Virus record (IMG/VR): IMGVR_UViG_3300046514_000361
DNA length: 31,002 nt
Strand: one strand, 5' to 3'
Origin: an uncultured virus (IMG/VR IMGVR_UViG_3300046514_000361)
Taxonomy: Duplodnaviria; Heunggongvirae; Uroviricota; Caudoviricetes
In this document: piece after piece, positions 8,901 through 18,004 of the stretch
How the letters are laid out: the number at the start of each line of letters is the position of its first letter
Numbering within the stretch: the stretch's first letter is position 1
Notes under the pieces: model-generated
Told to the model about the DNA's origin: nothing
The model's database searches: none
The model's input: only the letters and a program-made list of their open reading frames with translations
Position numbers and translations under genes: made by a program

Positions 8901-9135
8901 TGAATCCTCCTGGTGCGGTCGAAGCCGCGATGATCGAATCTGCCTTGCGCTGGAACGCAGCCATCGCCGCGTCCCGGCCGAGATTGGCGGTCAGCCATTC
9001 GGCGATGCCATTCATCGCGCCGCGTGCCACCGCGATGGCCTCGGCCCGACAGCCGCAAATGCGAAGGGTCTCAAGCGTCTGCACCACCGCGACATGCGAT
9101 CCGGCCGCCGTGAGATCGACCGAGTCGATGCTCAT
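8857..9135 (-). CDS. Hypothetical protein
   Basis: ATGA overlap with the cro-like gene. Confidence 0.55.
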   Translation of the reverse strand: MSIDSVDLTAAGSHVAVVQTLETLRICGCRAEAIAVARGAMNGIAEWLTANLGRDAAMAAFQRKADSIIAASTAPGGFNGDQAEGFKERRHA

Positions 9136-9392
9136 TGGTTGCCCCCGTGACCATTCATGGTGCGGCGCTTCTTGGTGCCCTTGCGCGGATGCCGGTCGAG
9201 CCAGTGGTGGACCCGCTGGTAGGTGCGCAGGGTGAAATTGCCGCCTTTCTCAAGCTTCTTGAAGAAGTTGGGATCGTTGATCGCGCGCTTGAACAGGATG
9301 CGGGGCGTGATGTCTGCGGTATGGCAGTATGCCGTCACGCGCTCGATGAGCGCGGCCCGGATTTCCTGCTCGGTCGGATAGGCGTGTGGCAT
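9132..9392 (-). CDS. Cro-like small HTH regulator
   Basis: Divergent from the cI-like gene; LIERVTAYC...RAINDPNFFKKLEKGGNFTLRTYQRV. Confidence 0.75.
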   Translation of the reverse strand: MPHAYPTEQEIRAALIERVTAYCHTADITPRILFKRAINDPNFFKKLEKGGNFTLRTYQRVHHWLDRHPRKGTKKRRTMNGHGGNQ

Positions 9393-9585
9393 GGTTTTGG
9401 AGCGTAGGAGGGTTTTATCCCTGCGTCAACCACCGTCGCATTTTTCGTTGGATGACCGAACGTCTAGCTTGCCAAGCGCAGATTGCACTTGCCACAGTAG
9501 AGGCGAGATGGATAAAACCATCGGCACAACCACCGCGCATTTCGGTCAGCAACGCATTAACTTTGAGTGGCAGACAAGACGACAA
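9393..9585. promoter_or_regulatory. Divergent cro/cI control region with candidate operators
   Basis: Inverted pair GGTTTTATCC (9411-9420)/GGATAAAACC (9510-9519); direct pair CAACCACCG(T)CGCATTT at 9427 and 9527. Confidence 0.6.
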
Positions 9586-10326
9586 ATGCCCGAGAAAAAT
9601 ACACCCAAGGCCAAACCGGATCGACCGCCGACGATCCTGCAGCAGCGTCTCGCCAAGATGATCGTGATGCGCCGCACGAAGGCGCAGATCGTATCGAAAC
9701 AAGCCGGATTTAACCCTGGACTGGTGCGCGACGTGATCGCAGGCAAAGTCTTGCAGCCGCGTCAAGAGGCGCTCGGACGCATCGCGGAAATTCTACAGAC
9801 AGATGTTGCATATCTGCTCGGGCAGCATGATGATGCGAGCGTGAGAGGAAACGGCCCGGTATCGCCAACCCCACCGGCGTTGCGACGCCACGGAGTGCGG
9901 CCCATCCGAGTCGTCGGATTCGCTCAGATCGGCGTATTTCAAGCCGACCCGTTCGACTGGAATAACGAGCAGATGATCGATGGCATCACCAATCGGATGC
10001 TGCCCGACGCACAGCATTTTGCGATTCAATTGCGCGACAATGCCGCACGCGACAACGCGCATGACCGCAAAGGCTACGCACTCTGCGTCGAGGCCGAGGC
10101 GATGCCGGTGGCGGACGGCAAGACCTACGCGATCCAGCGCAAGAACAGCGACGGCCAAGTCGAAGTCAGCGTGCGGGTCGCCAAGATACTGCCAGACGGC
10201 ATCGAGCTTCGCGACTACATCAACGGTAAGGATGTGCTGCGTGTCGGCCGCGATCTCGACTACGACACCAGCAAGCCGGTCGCCGTGGTCGGGCTGGCCT
10301 ACGCACATCTGCAGCCGCTTCTCTAA
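9586..10326 (+). CDS. CI-like repressor (XRE HTH plus degenerate S24-like C-terminus)
   Basis: VSKQAGFNPGLVRDVIAGK...LGRIAEILQTDVAYLLG; C-terminal IRVVGFAQIG...FAIQL...VVGL. Confidence 0.8.
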   Translation: MPEKNTPKAKPDRPPTILQQRLAKMIVMRRTKAQIVSKQAGFNPGLVRDVIAGKVLQPRQEALGRIAEILQTDVAYLLGQHDDASVRGNGPVSPTPPALRRHGVRPIRVVGFAQIGVFQADPFDWNNEQMIDGITNRMLPDAQHFAIQLRDNAARDNAHDRKGYALCVEAEAMPVADGKTYAIQRKNSDGQVEVSVRVAKILPDGIELRDYINGKDVLRVGRDLDYDTSKPVAVVGLAYAHLQPLL

Positions 10327-10513
10327 TCCAAATCTGCATCGCTGATCTGTTTTCCGCGCCCAGCCCCGGCATGGGTGCGCCAATTATTTTTGCTTTCGCT
10401 CTAACTCCATAGCGTGGAAAGATTATTTCTGCGCGCCGAGTCGCCGAGCCGTCGGCGCACGGAAAAAACCATTGCGCCGGGATTTGATCGGCGCTAGCCT
10501 CGTCGCCGCCTGA

Positions 10514-11452
10514 ATGGTGACTAGGCATTTTTCCATGGTTGTGGAGCGCATCCGGATCGAGTCTGCGCAGCAGTGGCACGAGCTTCGCCGCCGCGATCTG
10601 ACCGCGTCGGACGTTGCCGCTCCGCTCGGCCTGCACCCCTACAAGACGCCAGCCCAGGTCTATGCCGAGAAGACCGGGCGCGCGTTGCCGCCCAAGAAAA
10701 GCACGAACGTGCTGAGCCGAGGCAAGCGGCTTGAGCCGGTGTTCCTGCCGCTCCTGCGCGACCTGTTCCCCAACTGTCGCATCGAACCAGCCGACGAATA
10801 TCTGCGCGAGCCAGAGAACCGGCTCGGCTGCACGCCCGATGTCTACCTGCACCGGCCAGACAGCGCGCTGGTCACCGTTCAATTGAAGACCGCTGGTCGC
10901 GGCGCGTTCGCGCGCAATTGGGCCGATGGTCCGCCGTTCTGGATCATGCTGCAGGCGCTCACCGAAGCATCGCTCGCCAATGCCGTCGAGGCCATGATCG
11001 CGGTCCTGGTGGTCGATGAGTGGTCGCCACTCGATGAACTGGAAATCTTCACCGTGCCGCGCCACCCGGCATCTGAGTTGCGGCTGCGCTCGACGTCGCG
11101 CGAATTCTGGGCCGCCATCGCCGAACAGCGGATGCCGAATTTCGACTTCCTGCGCGATGCGAAGCTGATCGCTGCGCTGTGGCCGACCACGGTCGAGGGC
11201 AAGACGGTCGATCTCGGTGCCGACAACCGATTGCCCGAAGTTCTTTCGGAGCGCGAGCGGTTGATTGCCGAGATCAAACAGCGCGAAGAGCGCAAGAGCG
11301 AGATCGAGGCCGAAATTCGCAGCAAGCTGGAAGATGCCGAGATCGGGCTGGTCGGCGGCTGGCGCGTCACGCTGCGCGAGGTGATCCGCAAGGCGCATCA
11401 GGTGAAGGAAAGCACCTTTCGTCAACTGCGCATTTCGCGCGTCCTGTCCTGA
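10514..11452 (+). CDS. YqaJ/lambda-exonuclease family protein
   Basis: WHELRRRDLTASDV...G..LE...LGCTPD...QLKT; start 10514 or 10535. Confidence 0.88.
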   Translation: MVTRHFSMVVERIRIESAQQWHELRRRDLTASDVAAPLGLHPYKTPAQVYAEKTGRALPPKKSTNVLSRGKRLEPVFLPLLRDLFPNCRIEPADEYLREPENRLGCTPDVYLHRPDSALVTVQLKTAGRGAFARNWADGPPFWIMLQALTEASLANAVEAMIAVLVVDEWSPLDELEIFTVPRHPASELRLRSTSREFWAAIAEQRMPNFDFLRDAKLIAALWPTTVEGKTVDLGADNRLPEVLSERERLIAEIKQREERKSEIEAEIRSKLEDAEIGLVGGWRVTLREVIRKAHQVKESTFRQLRISRVLS

Positions 11453-11465
11453 GAGGAACAATGCA

Positions 11466-12257
11466 ATGAGCACAGAGGTCGCAATCGACCAGATCATCAT
11501 CGAGGATCGGCTGATCGACTTGAAGCCGAAGGTCATCGCCGCGCTCAAGGACAGCATCGTATCCGGTGTTGGCATCATCGAGCCGCCGGTCGTGCGGCGG
11601 GACGGCAAGGGATTTCGGTTGATCGCAGGGGCCAATCGCATCGAGGCAGCGCGCCAGCTTGGTCACAAGACCATTGGCGTCGAGATCAGATCAGGCAAGC
11701 CAGATCGGGACCGTGACGAGCTTGCGCAGATCGATGAAAACCTCGTGCGGATGAAGCTCACGCCGAGCGAGGAAGCAAAGGTGCTCAAGCGGCGCAAGGC
11801 GATCTATGAGGCCAAGCATCCCGAGACAAAGGGGGGCGTTGCTGGCGGCAAGGCCGGTGGCAACGGTCGAGCAGCAACGGCAAAAACTGCCACCGCTACT
11901 ACTCCGTGCTTCACCGCCGACACGGCCGCCAAGACCGGCCGGTCGGAACGGGCGATCAGACAAAGCGTGCGCCGCGCTGCCGCACTTGGCCTTCCGGTCA
12001 TCGACAAGGTGCGAGGCACATCACTCGATAAACCGAAGGAGTTGGATGCCCTCATCAAGATGCCAGAAACCGACCGCAGCGCCCTGGTCGAGCGCGCTGC
12101 AGCGGGAGAACACGTCAGCGCGGTCGCGGCGACGCAACCCGCAGTGCCGCTCGGCCTGAAACGTCTCAACCGCGCGTGGGATGTCGCCAGCCCGGCGGAG
12201 CGCGAAGCGTTCTGCCTGCTGCGTGGTCTTTTTCTGAGGGAGCAAAAAGCGTCATGA
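11466..12257 (+). CDS. ParB N-terminal domain protein
   Basis: LKDSI..GIIEPPVV...LIAGANRIEA...IDENLVR..LT..E. Confidence 0.85.
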   Translation: MSTEVAIDQIIIEDRLIDLKPKVIAALKDSIVSGVGIIEPPVVRRDGKGFRLIAGANRIEAARQLGHKTIGVEIRSGKPDRDRDELAQIDENLVRMKLTPSEEAKVLKRRKAIYEAKHPETKGGVAGGKAGGNGRAATAKTATATTPCFTADTAAKTGRSERAIRQSVRRAAALGLPVIDKVRGTSLDKPKELDALIKMPETDRSALVERAAAGEHVSAVAATQPAVPLGLKRLNRAWDVASPAEREAFCLLRGLFLREQKAS

Positions 12258-13378
12258 GTATCGTCATCTGCAACGCATCACTCGATGAGCGCATCGACGG
12301 CTACGGCAAACCGCAAGAGGTTTTGCGCGGCACGATATCGCCGACGTCGTTGCGCGCCATCGGCGTCGATATCTACCAACGCAAGCGGCACACGCCCTCG
12401 ACGCTGACGAGCATCATCAAGGGCTTTCAAGAGCGAACGCCGTTTCTCGACATCGCGCTGGGCATGCGCGGTGTCCGCTTCCGCGACGTTGACGAGAACA
12501 ATGTCGAATTGCTTGACGATGTTTACGTGATCGATGGCTATCACCGCATCGTCGGCGCGTTGATGACGATTGAAGACGACACCGAAGGCAAAATCCCGAT
12601 CCGGCTCGGCGCGCAAGTGTTTTTCAACACCACGCAGGAGATGGAGCGTGATTGGTTCAAGATTTGGAACACGACGCGAAAAAGCGTCTCGCCGAGCATC
12701 ATCATTCGCAACGAACGCGATCACAGTCGCGTCGCCGCTACGCTCTACGGCATGTCGCAAACCGAAAAGAATTTTGTGCTGTGCGATAGGGTCGCATGGG
12801 ACGACCGCCCCGGCAAGAACGCCGCCGGGCAAGACGAGCTTGTGCGTGGGATGATGTTGCTGCGCGTGAGCGGCTTCCTGCATGGCCACAAGTTTGGTCG
12901 GTCGGTGAGCGGCGGTGGTGATTGCCTTAAGTTGCTTGCTCGCATCGAGCGCAAGGTCAATCGCATCGGCCTTCCGATGCTGCGTCAGAACCTCGTGACA
13001 TTTTTCGGCACGGTCGAAAGTTGTTGGCCGTTTCTCGAAGAATCGGTCCACGCGCGGCGACTGCAAATGCGTGAGCCGTTCCTGTTCATGCTCGCGCGGC
13101 TGCTGTCCGATCATGAGGTGTTCTGGAAACAGCCAGATGAGAAAGAGTTGGTCGTGCCAGCACGCATCTTGCACGATCTGCGGCGCATCAGCCTCACCGA
13201 TCCAAACATCATGAACCTGCTGCATCGCGGCAGGGCCGCGACTGACATCCTGTACGAAACGGTGGTGCATAACCTCAACAAGGGCCGCAGCACGAACCGT
13301 CTCGTTGATCGTTGGAAGACCGGCAACGGTCTGCCGCCGAAGGACGACGAAGACGACGACAGCGAGGTGGCGGCGTGA
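12254..13378 (+). CDS. ParB/Srx-like (DGQHR-type) domain protein
   Basis: YVIDGYHRI motif, E..WF..WN; ATGA overlap at 12254. Confidence 0.65.
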   Translation: MSIVICNASLDERIDGYGKPQEVLRGTISPTSLRAIGVDIYQRKRHTPSTLTSIIKGFQERTPFLDIALGMRGVRFRDVDENNVELLDDVYVIDGYHRIVGALMTIEDDTEGKIPIRLGAQVFFNTTQEMERDWFKIWNTTRKSVSPSIIIRNERDHSRVAATLYGMSQTEKNFVLCDRVAWDDRPGKNAAGQDELVRGMMLLRVSGFLHGHKFGRSVSGGGDCLKLLARIERKVNRIGLPMLRQNLVTFFGTVESCWPFLEESVHARRLQMREPFLFMLARLLSDHEVFWKQPDEKELVVPARILHDLRRISLTDPNIMNLLHRGRAATDILYETVVHNLNKGRSTNRLVDRWKTGNGLPPKDDEDDDSEVAA

Positions 13379-13962
13379 GAGACGGCACGTATCGCTTCAG
13401 CCACGCTGACGTGGTGCGGACGCCCGGCGGGTCGGGCTTCCGCGTCAAGTGCTCGAAATGCGAACGCACCGAAACGATTCAGATGAATCGGGATCACACG
13501 CTTCCGCCGGAAATCGTCAAGAAGAAATTCACGATCATGCAATGGCACATCGACCGCAATCCGGCGTTTGACCTTTGCCCCGATCACGCGATTCCGACGA
13601 AGAAACGTGAGGCAAACAATCGTAATGCCAGCCCGAGCGAACCTGATCCCACGGCGCAAGGCATGTCGCTGATGATGAGCATTCGCGGTGGGCTTGCCCG
13701 TCTCGCGAAGACGGACCAGTCGATCCTGCGTGCCTTGCGCGAGTCGCTCGGCCCGGAAGACCCGAGAGAACAAGACGATCCACAGCTATGGGCGACGCAA
13801 GTGCTGCGCGTTTGCCTCAACAAGGTGATTCGTTCGCACGAAGCGCCGCCGGTTGTCCCGCAAGCCGAGCCGCCGCCACCGCCACCGCAAGGCATCCCCC
13901 AAGCGGCCATTGACCGCGCTCGCGCCAGCCTTGGCCTTCCTCGAAAGGAAACCACCCGATGA
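13375..13962 (+). CDS. Hypothetical zinc-binding protein
   Basis: GTGA overlap; CSKC...DLCPDH. Confidence 0.6.
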   Translation: MRDGTYRFSHADVVRTPGGSGFRVKCSKCERTETIQMNRDHTLPPEIVKKKFTIMQWHIDRNPAFDLCPDHAIPTKKREANNRNASPSEPDPTAQGMSLMMSIRGGLARLAKTDQSILRALRESLGPEDPREQDDPQLWATQVLRVCLNKVIRSHEAPPVVPQAEPPPPPPQGIPQAAIDRARASLGLPRKETTR

Positions 13963-15170
13963 ACAGCAGCAACGTCGCCAGAGGCACGACCGAACAGCAC
14001 CAGCCGGATTTTTCGCCGCAGGCCGGGGGCGTGCCGAGCGTGCGCCCGATGGCGGGCGTCGAGCGCGTGTTCGGCGCGCAGCAAGTTCAGGTCCATCGCG
14101 ACGAAGCGAAGGTGATGCAGAAGCTGAAGGTGCTCGCCAGCGCCGCCGGTGGCGAGTGGTACTACCGATTCCCGGTGCGCAAGAAGATGGTGGACGAGGC
14201 GACCGGCCGCGAGACGTGGGGTACCGATTTCATCGAGGGGCCGTCGATCAAGCTCGCGAACGATCTCTGCCGCATCTACGGCAACTGCGATGTGGACACG
14301 CGGGTGATCGATCTCGGCGACTCGTGGCTGTTCTACGCGCGCTTCATCGATCTCGAATCCGGCTACTCGCTCACGCGCCCGTTCCAGCAGCGGAAGGCGC
14401 AGACGAGCATGAACACGAAAGACCCTGGCCGGGCGCAAGACATCGCGTTCCAGATCGGCTGCAGCAAGGCGATCCGCAACGTCGCGGTGAACGCGCTGCA
14501 AACCTTTGCCGACTTCGCGTTCGAGGAAGCGCGTGATGCGCTCGTCAAGAAAGTCGGTGCCGATCTCGAAAATTGGCGCAGGCGCACCATCGAAGGCATC
14601 GGGAAAATTCCCGTCGATATCAAGCGCGTCGAGCGCGTGATGGGCCGCGCCTCGAAAGATTGGCTGGCACCGGACGTCGCGAAAATCATCTCGATGATGA
14701 AGGCGATAGCCGATGGGATGGCGACCGCCGACGAAACCTTTCCCGACCCGAACAAGCCCGAGCCGAAACCGGATCAGAGCGGCAGCGGACCCGCCACGGT
14801 GGACGAGAAGCTCGATCAGTTCGGGGCGGGTACGAGCGGGGGAGAGGGGGAGGAGTCGCCCGGTGCCACAACGCATGCGCATGAAGCAGACACGGCGGAC
14901 ACTCAGGAGTCCGTCGTCCGCCGCGCGGGCGAAGCGGCACCGGGCGGCGCTTCAGCGCCGACGCCGATTGATCCCGACACCTATGAGCAGCACGCGCGGG
15001 CGATCATCGATGCGGCGCAGGACCGCGCAAGTGCAGCCAAGCTTGAACCATGGTGGGCGTCGGACGCCGAGCGCAAGCTGCGCAACGCGTGCCACGTCGA
15101 TATGACGCTGTTCAATCAGATCAAAGACCTGATCGGGCAGAAGGTCGCGCAGTTCGACAAGAAAAAGTAA
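13959..15170 (+). CDS. Conserved phage protein, candidate single-strand annealing protein
   Basis: YYRFP...IEGPSIKLANDL..YGN...KAIRN core with acidic low-complexity tail; AAGGA RBS; same operon as YqaJ. Confidence 0.6.
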   Translation: MNSSNVARGTTEQHQPDFSPQAGGVPSVRPMAGVERVFGAQQVQVHRDEAKVMQKLKVLASAAGGEWYYRFPVRKKMVDEATGRETWGTDFIEGPSIKLANDLCRIYGNCDVDTRVIDLGDSWLFYARFIDLESGYSLTRPFQQRKAQTSMNTKDPGRAQDIAFQIGCSKAIRNVAVNALQTFADFAFEEARDALVKKVGADLENWRRRTIEGIGKIPVDIKRVERVMGRASKDWLAPDVAKIISMMKAIADGMATADETFPDPNKPEPKPDQSGSGPATVDEKLDQFGAGTSGGEGEESPGATTHAHEADTADTQESVVRRAGEAAPGGASAPTPIDPDTYEQHARAIIDAAQDRASAAKLEPWWASDAERKLRNACHVDMTLFNQIKDLIGQKVAQFDKKK

Positions 15171-15182
15171 CGGAGGAATCGC

Positions 15183-15419
15183 ATGGCCATCCTGATCAGC
15201 TTCCTGAACCTGCTGCTCTACATCGCGGTCATCGTCTTCATCGCGTTCTGCCTCGTGTGGGCGTTCAGATGGTTCGCCGAAAGGGAGATCGATCCCGACG
15301 TCTACAAGTGGGGCAAGGTCATCGTCGCTTTGCTCTGCCTGATCGCCATCGCCACATGGCTCGCTGGACTGTTGGGGGCAGGCCCCGGCCTGCCGCACTT
15401 TCTACCCGTCTACCGATAA
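15183..15419 (+). CDS. Small membrane protein
   Basis: GGAGG RBS; two hydrophobic helices. Confidence 0.75.
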   Translation: MAILISFLNLLLYIAVIVFIAFCLVWAFRWFAEREIDPDVYKWGKVIVALLCLIAIATWLAGLLGAGPGLPHFLPVYR

Positions 15420-15498
15420 CGAGAGCCAGATCGAGCGGCTGCAGCCCTATCCGCCGCCGCCGCCGTCGATCTGCAAGGGCAGGGACTGCTGACGAACC

Positions 15499-16332
15499 GT
15501 GGACCCTTTCTATCGAACGTCTTACTCAAGAGCATGCTTGAAGGCCGTCAACAACGGGTTCTGGGCACGTTACCTCGATGCTGATGATCTCGACTTCCTC
15601 GAATATGTGAAGAAGCGCGGAGTCGCGAACGGTGATGTGCAAAGCACCACAAGCGTCCTGCTGGAGGAACTGGAATTCTGGCGCACGCCCTACACGGTCG
15701 CGCCAGACGTTGTGCGCAGGATCGGACGACCGCCGCGCAGTCCGAACGTCGAGACGCCAGAGCAACGCGAGCTTCGATTGGCGCGTACCAGTGCATGGCA
15801 TGCACGGCGGGCGCTGCGAAGGGCCGAAAAGGAAATCGCCGACAAAGAGTTGGAGCGCGAACGCATCGAATGGGAAGTGGCCGATAAGCGTCGCAGGTTG
15901 CGCGATTTGATTGGGGACAGAGAGTGGGAGGATGCGGCCCCGGTAAAGCGAGCTTTCGGCAAGACCCACAAGCGACACTACGTTCCGCAATGGAAGCTCG
16001 ATGAAGAGGGCGTCGAGAAATATGAAACCAACGACGAGCGGTACGCGCGTCTGAACAGAAACGAGCGGTTCGCGCGCGCAAAGGCCGAGGCTGAAAGCCG
16101 CTTGGCCGAGGCCGAAAAGGCAAAAGCTGAATTGCATGCGCAAACCGAACCGGCAACCGGGAAAGCAAATGAGCAAACCGAGGCGGCAATCAAGCAGGCG
16201 AAAGAGACTATCGACCATGCGCTGCGTTACGCGCTCGAACTTGGCCCCAACTTCGGCAAGCCTGTCGCCGTCCGCAGCTTGTGCTCGTCAAGCAACTCCT
16301 TCACGCATACCCTGATCCGATCCACATCGTGA
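15499..16332 (+). CDS. Hypothetical coiled-coil protein (3' end possibly disrupted by an inversion)
   Basis: Long ORF with helical E/R/K-rich centre; see finding at 16271-16441. Confidence 0.65.
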   Translation: MDPFYRTSYSRACLKAVNNGFWARYLDADDLDFLEYVKKRGVANGDVQSTTSVLLEELEFWRTPYTVAPDVVRRIGRPPRSPNVETPEQRELRLARTSAWHARRALRRAEKEIADKELERERIEWEVADKRRRLRDLIGDREWEDAAPVKRAFGKTHKRHYVPQWKLDEEGVEKYETNDERYARLNRNERFARAKAEAESRLAEAEKAKAELHAQTEPATGKANEQTEAAIKQAKETIDHALRYALELGPNFGKPVAVRSLCSSSNSFTHTLIRSTS

Positions 16333-16600
16333 CAGCCGAGCGAATTGCAGATTCTCCCTTCGGTCCAAACATACGGAGCGGTGCCCTCGATCAGCTTCAG
16401 GATCGCGCGCTTTAAAGTATCGTTGTCCCGCTCGCACCGGATGATGGTGAGCGTTGTGGATCGTGTCGGCCGATACTGAGCGAGCATGCGCGCACTGTCG
16501 GCGAGGCGCGGCGGCGAGAACGTGAAGAGATGAAACTGGCAGAGCTTCGCATCCGAGGTGTTGAATTCCTGATCCGGCGACTGAAGAGGAGAATTGCGCG

Positions 16601-16849
16601 ATGAGCATTCCGGCGACTGCAATCAAGGACACGGCTGATATTCGGGCCAAGCTGTTGGATATCTGGAAACAGGTTGACGACAAAAAAATCACGTCATCGG
16701 AGGTGCGGCTGCACGTCGGTCTTGCGCGCGCAATTCTCGATACGCTCAAGGTGGAGATGGCCGCCGCGCATCTTGCACAACAGACAATTCCATCAGTCCC
16801 GATCCTCACCTCCACGGGCGTGCCACTTCGACGCGGACGCGAACAATGA
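16601..16849 (+). CDS. Hypothetical protein
   Basis: GAGGAG RBS; ATGA coupling. Confidence 0.7.
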   Translation: MSIPATAIKDTADIRAKLLDIWKQVDDKKITSSEVRLHVGLARAILDTLKVEMAAAHLAQQTIPSVPILTSTGVPLRRGREQ

Positions 16850-17103
16850 CCCAATCCGAACTGCACAACGAACTCGCGGGCAAGATCGTCGCCGCCATCG
16901 TCAAGCCGCCGCTGGAATCGGGCGGACAAATCACCGACGTGCTCGTGCTCCTCGAAACCGTCGTGCTCGGCGTCATCCTGTTTGCTTTGAAACAATCTCG
17001 CGATGAAACGCTGGACGTCGTGGTCGATGGCGAGAAGGTGCTCACCATCCTGGCCGATGGCGTCAAGCACCGCCTCGCCGAACACCGGGGAACGCGTCAA
17101 TGA
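16846..17103 (+). CDS. Hypothetical protein
   Basis: ATGA coupling at both ends. Confidence 0.65.
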   Translation: MTQSELHNELAGKIVAAIVKPPLESGGQITDVLVLLETVVLGVILFALKQSRDETLDVVVDGEKVLTILADGVKHRLAEHRGTRQ

Positions 17104-17342
17104 GTTGGCTGCGCGCGATCCTGCTGGTGTTGCGGGCGCTGATCCTGCTGCCGTTCGCGTCGCATCATGACGGCCGCCGTCTGCGCTGGCGCTGGGAAGA
17201 GGCAGGGTCCGCGATGTTTCTCGCGCTAATGCTCAGCGTTGCCGTAATCGTCGGCATTCTGATGTTCCCAGCGTTCCGCTCCGACACTGCATGCGTGCGG
17301 CCATCGCTTGGGCCGTCCTGGTTGTGGGGGTGTCCACCATGA
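17100..17342 (+). CDS. Hypothetical membrane protein
   Basis: Hydrophobic segments; ATGA coupling at both ends. Confidence 0.55.
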   Translation: MSWLRAILLVLRALILLPFASHHDGRRLRWRWEEAGSAMFLALMLSVAVIVGILMFPAFRSDTACVRPSLGPSWLWGCPP

Positions 17343-18004
17343 GAGAAACGAACATTGCCACGCTGACCAGCACGATCAAGGTGCTGATCGAGAAGGGCGA
17401 CCATGCCGCCGAGAAAGCGGAGCAGTTCTACGTCGCTGCTGGCCGCCATCTCGCCACCTTGCGTGCGGGCAGAACCAAGACCGAATGGGAAAAGATCGTG
17501 CACGAGCGTTGCAGCCTTCGCAAGACGCGGGCTTACGAACTGATGAAACTCGCGGACGGGACGCGCACGGTCGAGCAGACGCGGGCGCTTCGGGATCAGC
17601 GGGACAAAAAAGCCAGAAAAAACAAGAGGCGTCCGCCGCACGGCGGACGAACTAACGGTGGCGCGCCATTAGAGGCCGATGTCGAGACTATAGAGGATCA
17701 CACCGAGGAAGTCGTTGACCGACTGGATAAGGAAAATCCGGACTCGCCATTTCTCGCCCTTACGATTCGCGCGAGCGACGCATGGCAACTGGCGCAACAA
17801 GCAGCCGCTTGCCTGCCCGGCGTCGTCAATCAAACGAAACCGTGTCCAGCCGACTGGACGACGATGATCGAACTGGTGCGAAGAGCCGCAGACGAGTGGA
17901 CGAAACTCGCAACCGATGTCGAGGCGATAACGGCCCCGGCGACGCGACGGACCAAACCCATCTTGGCTAAAGAGGACAGCCATGACCAAGCGCAGATCAA
18001 GTAA
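17339..18004 (+). CDS. DUF3102-like DNA-binding phage protein
   Basis: AAGRHLATLR...WEKIV...SLRKTRAYELMKLA; ATG 17339 overlaps the upstream stop. Confidence 0.6.
   Translation: MRETNIATLTSTIKVLIEKGDHAAEKAEQFYVAAGRHLATLRAGRTKTEWEKIVHERCSLRKTRAYELMKLADGTRTVEQTRALRDQRDKKARKNKRRPPHGGRTNGGAPLEADVETIEDHTEEVVDRLDKENPDSPFLALTIRASDAWQLAQQAAACLPGVVNQTKPCPADWTTMIELVRRAADEWTKLATDVEAITAPATRRTKPILAKEDSHDQAQIK

Noticed and set aside
7641..14882. Long antisense ORFs (7641-8879 +, 10220-11641 -, 12278-13270 -, 13584-14882 -)
   Set aside because: Shadow ORFs opposite well-supported genes in high-GC DNA
15414..15492. Peptide-like frame DNESQIERLQPYPPPPPSICKGRDC*
   Set aside because: No start codon after the upstream in-frame stop; at most a remnant
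16416..16604. Start-less plus frame ending in an ATGA overlap with 16601 (...EMKLAELRIRGVEFLIRRLKRRIAR*)
   Set aside because: No convincing start apart from a very short internal ATG; may relate to the neighbouring rearrangement; not called
17735..17748. 14-bp inverted match to 26623-26636 (GGCGAGTCCGGATT)
   Set aside because: A few 14-bp matches are expected by chance in 31 kb of GC-rich DNA; it lies inside a CDS
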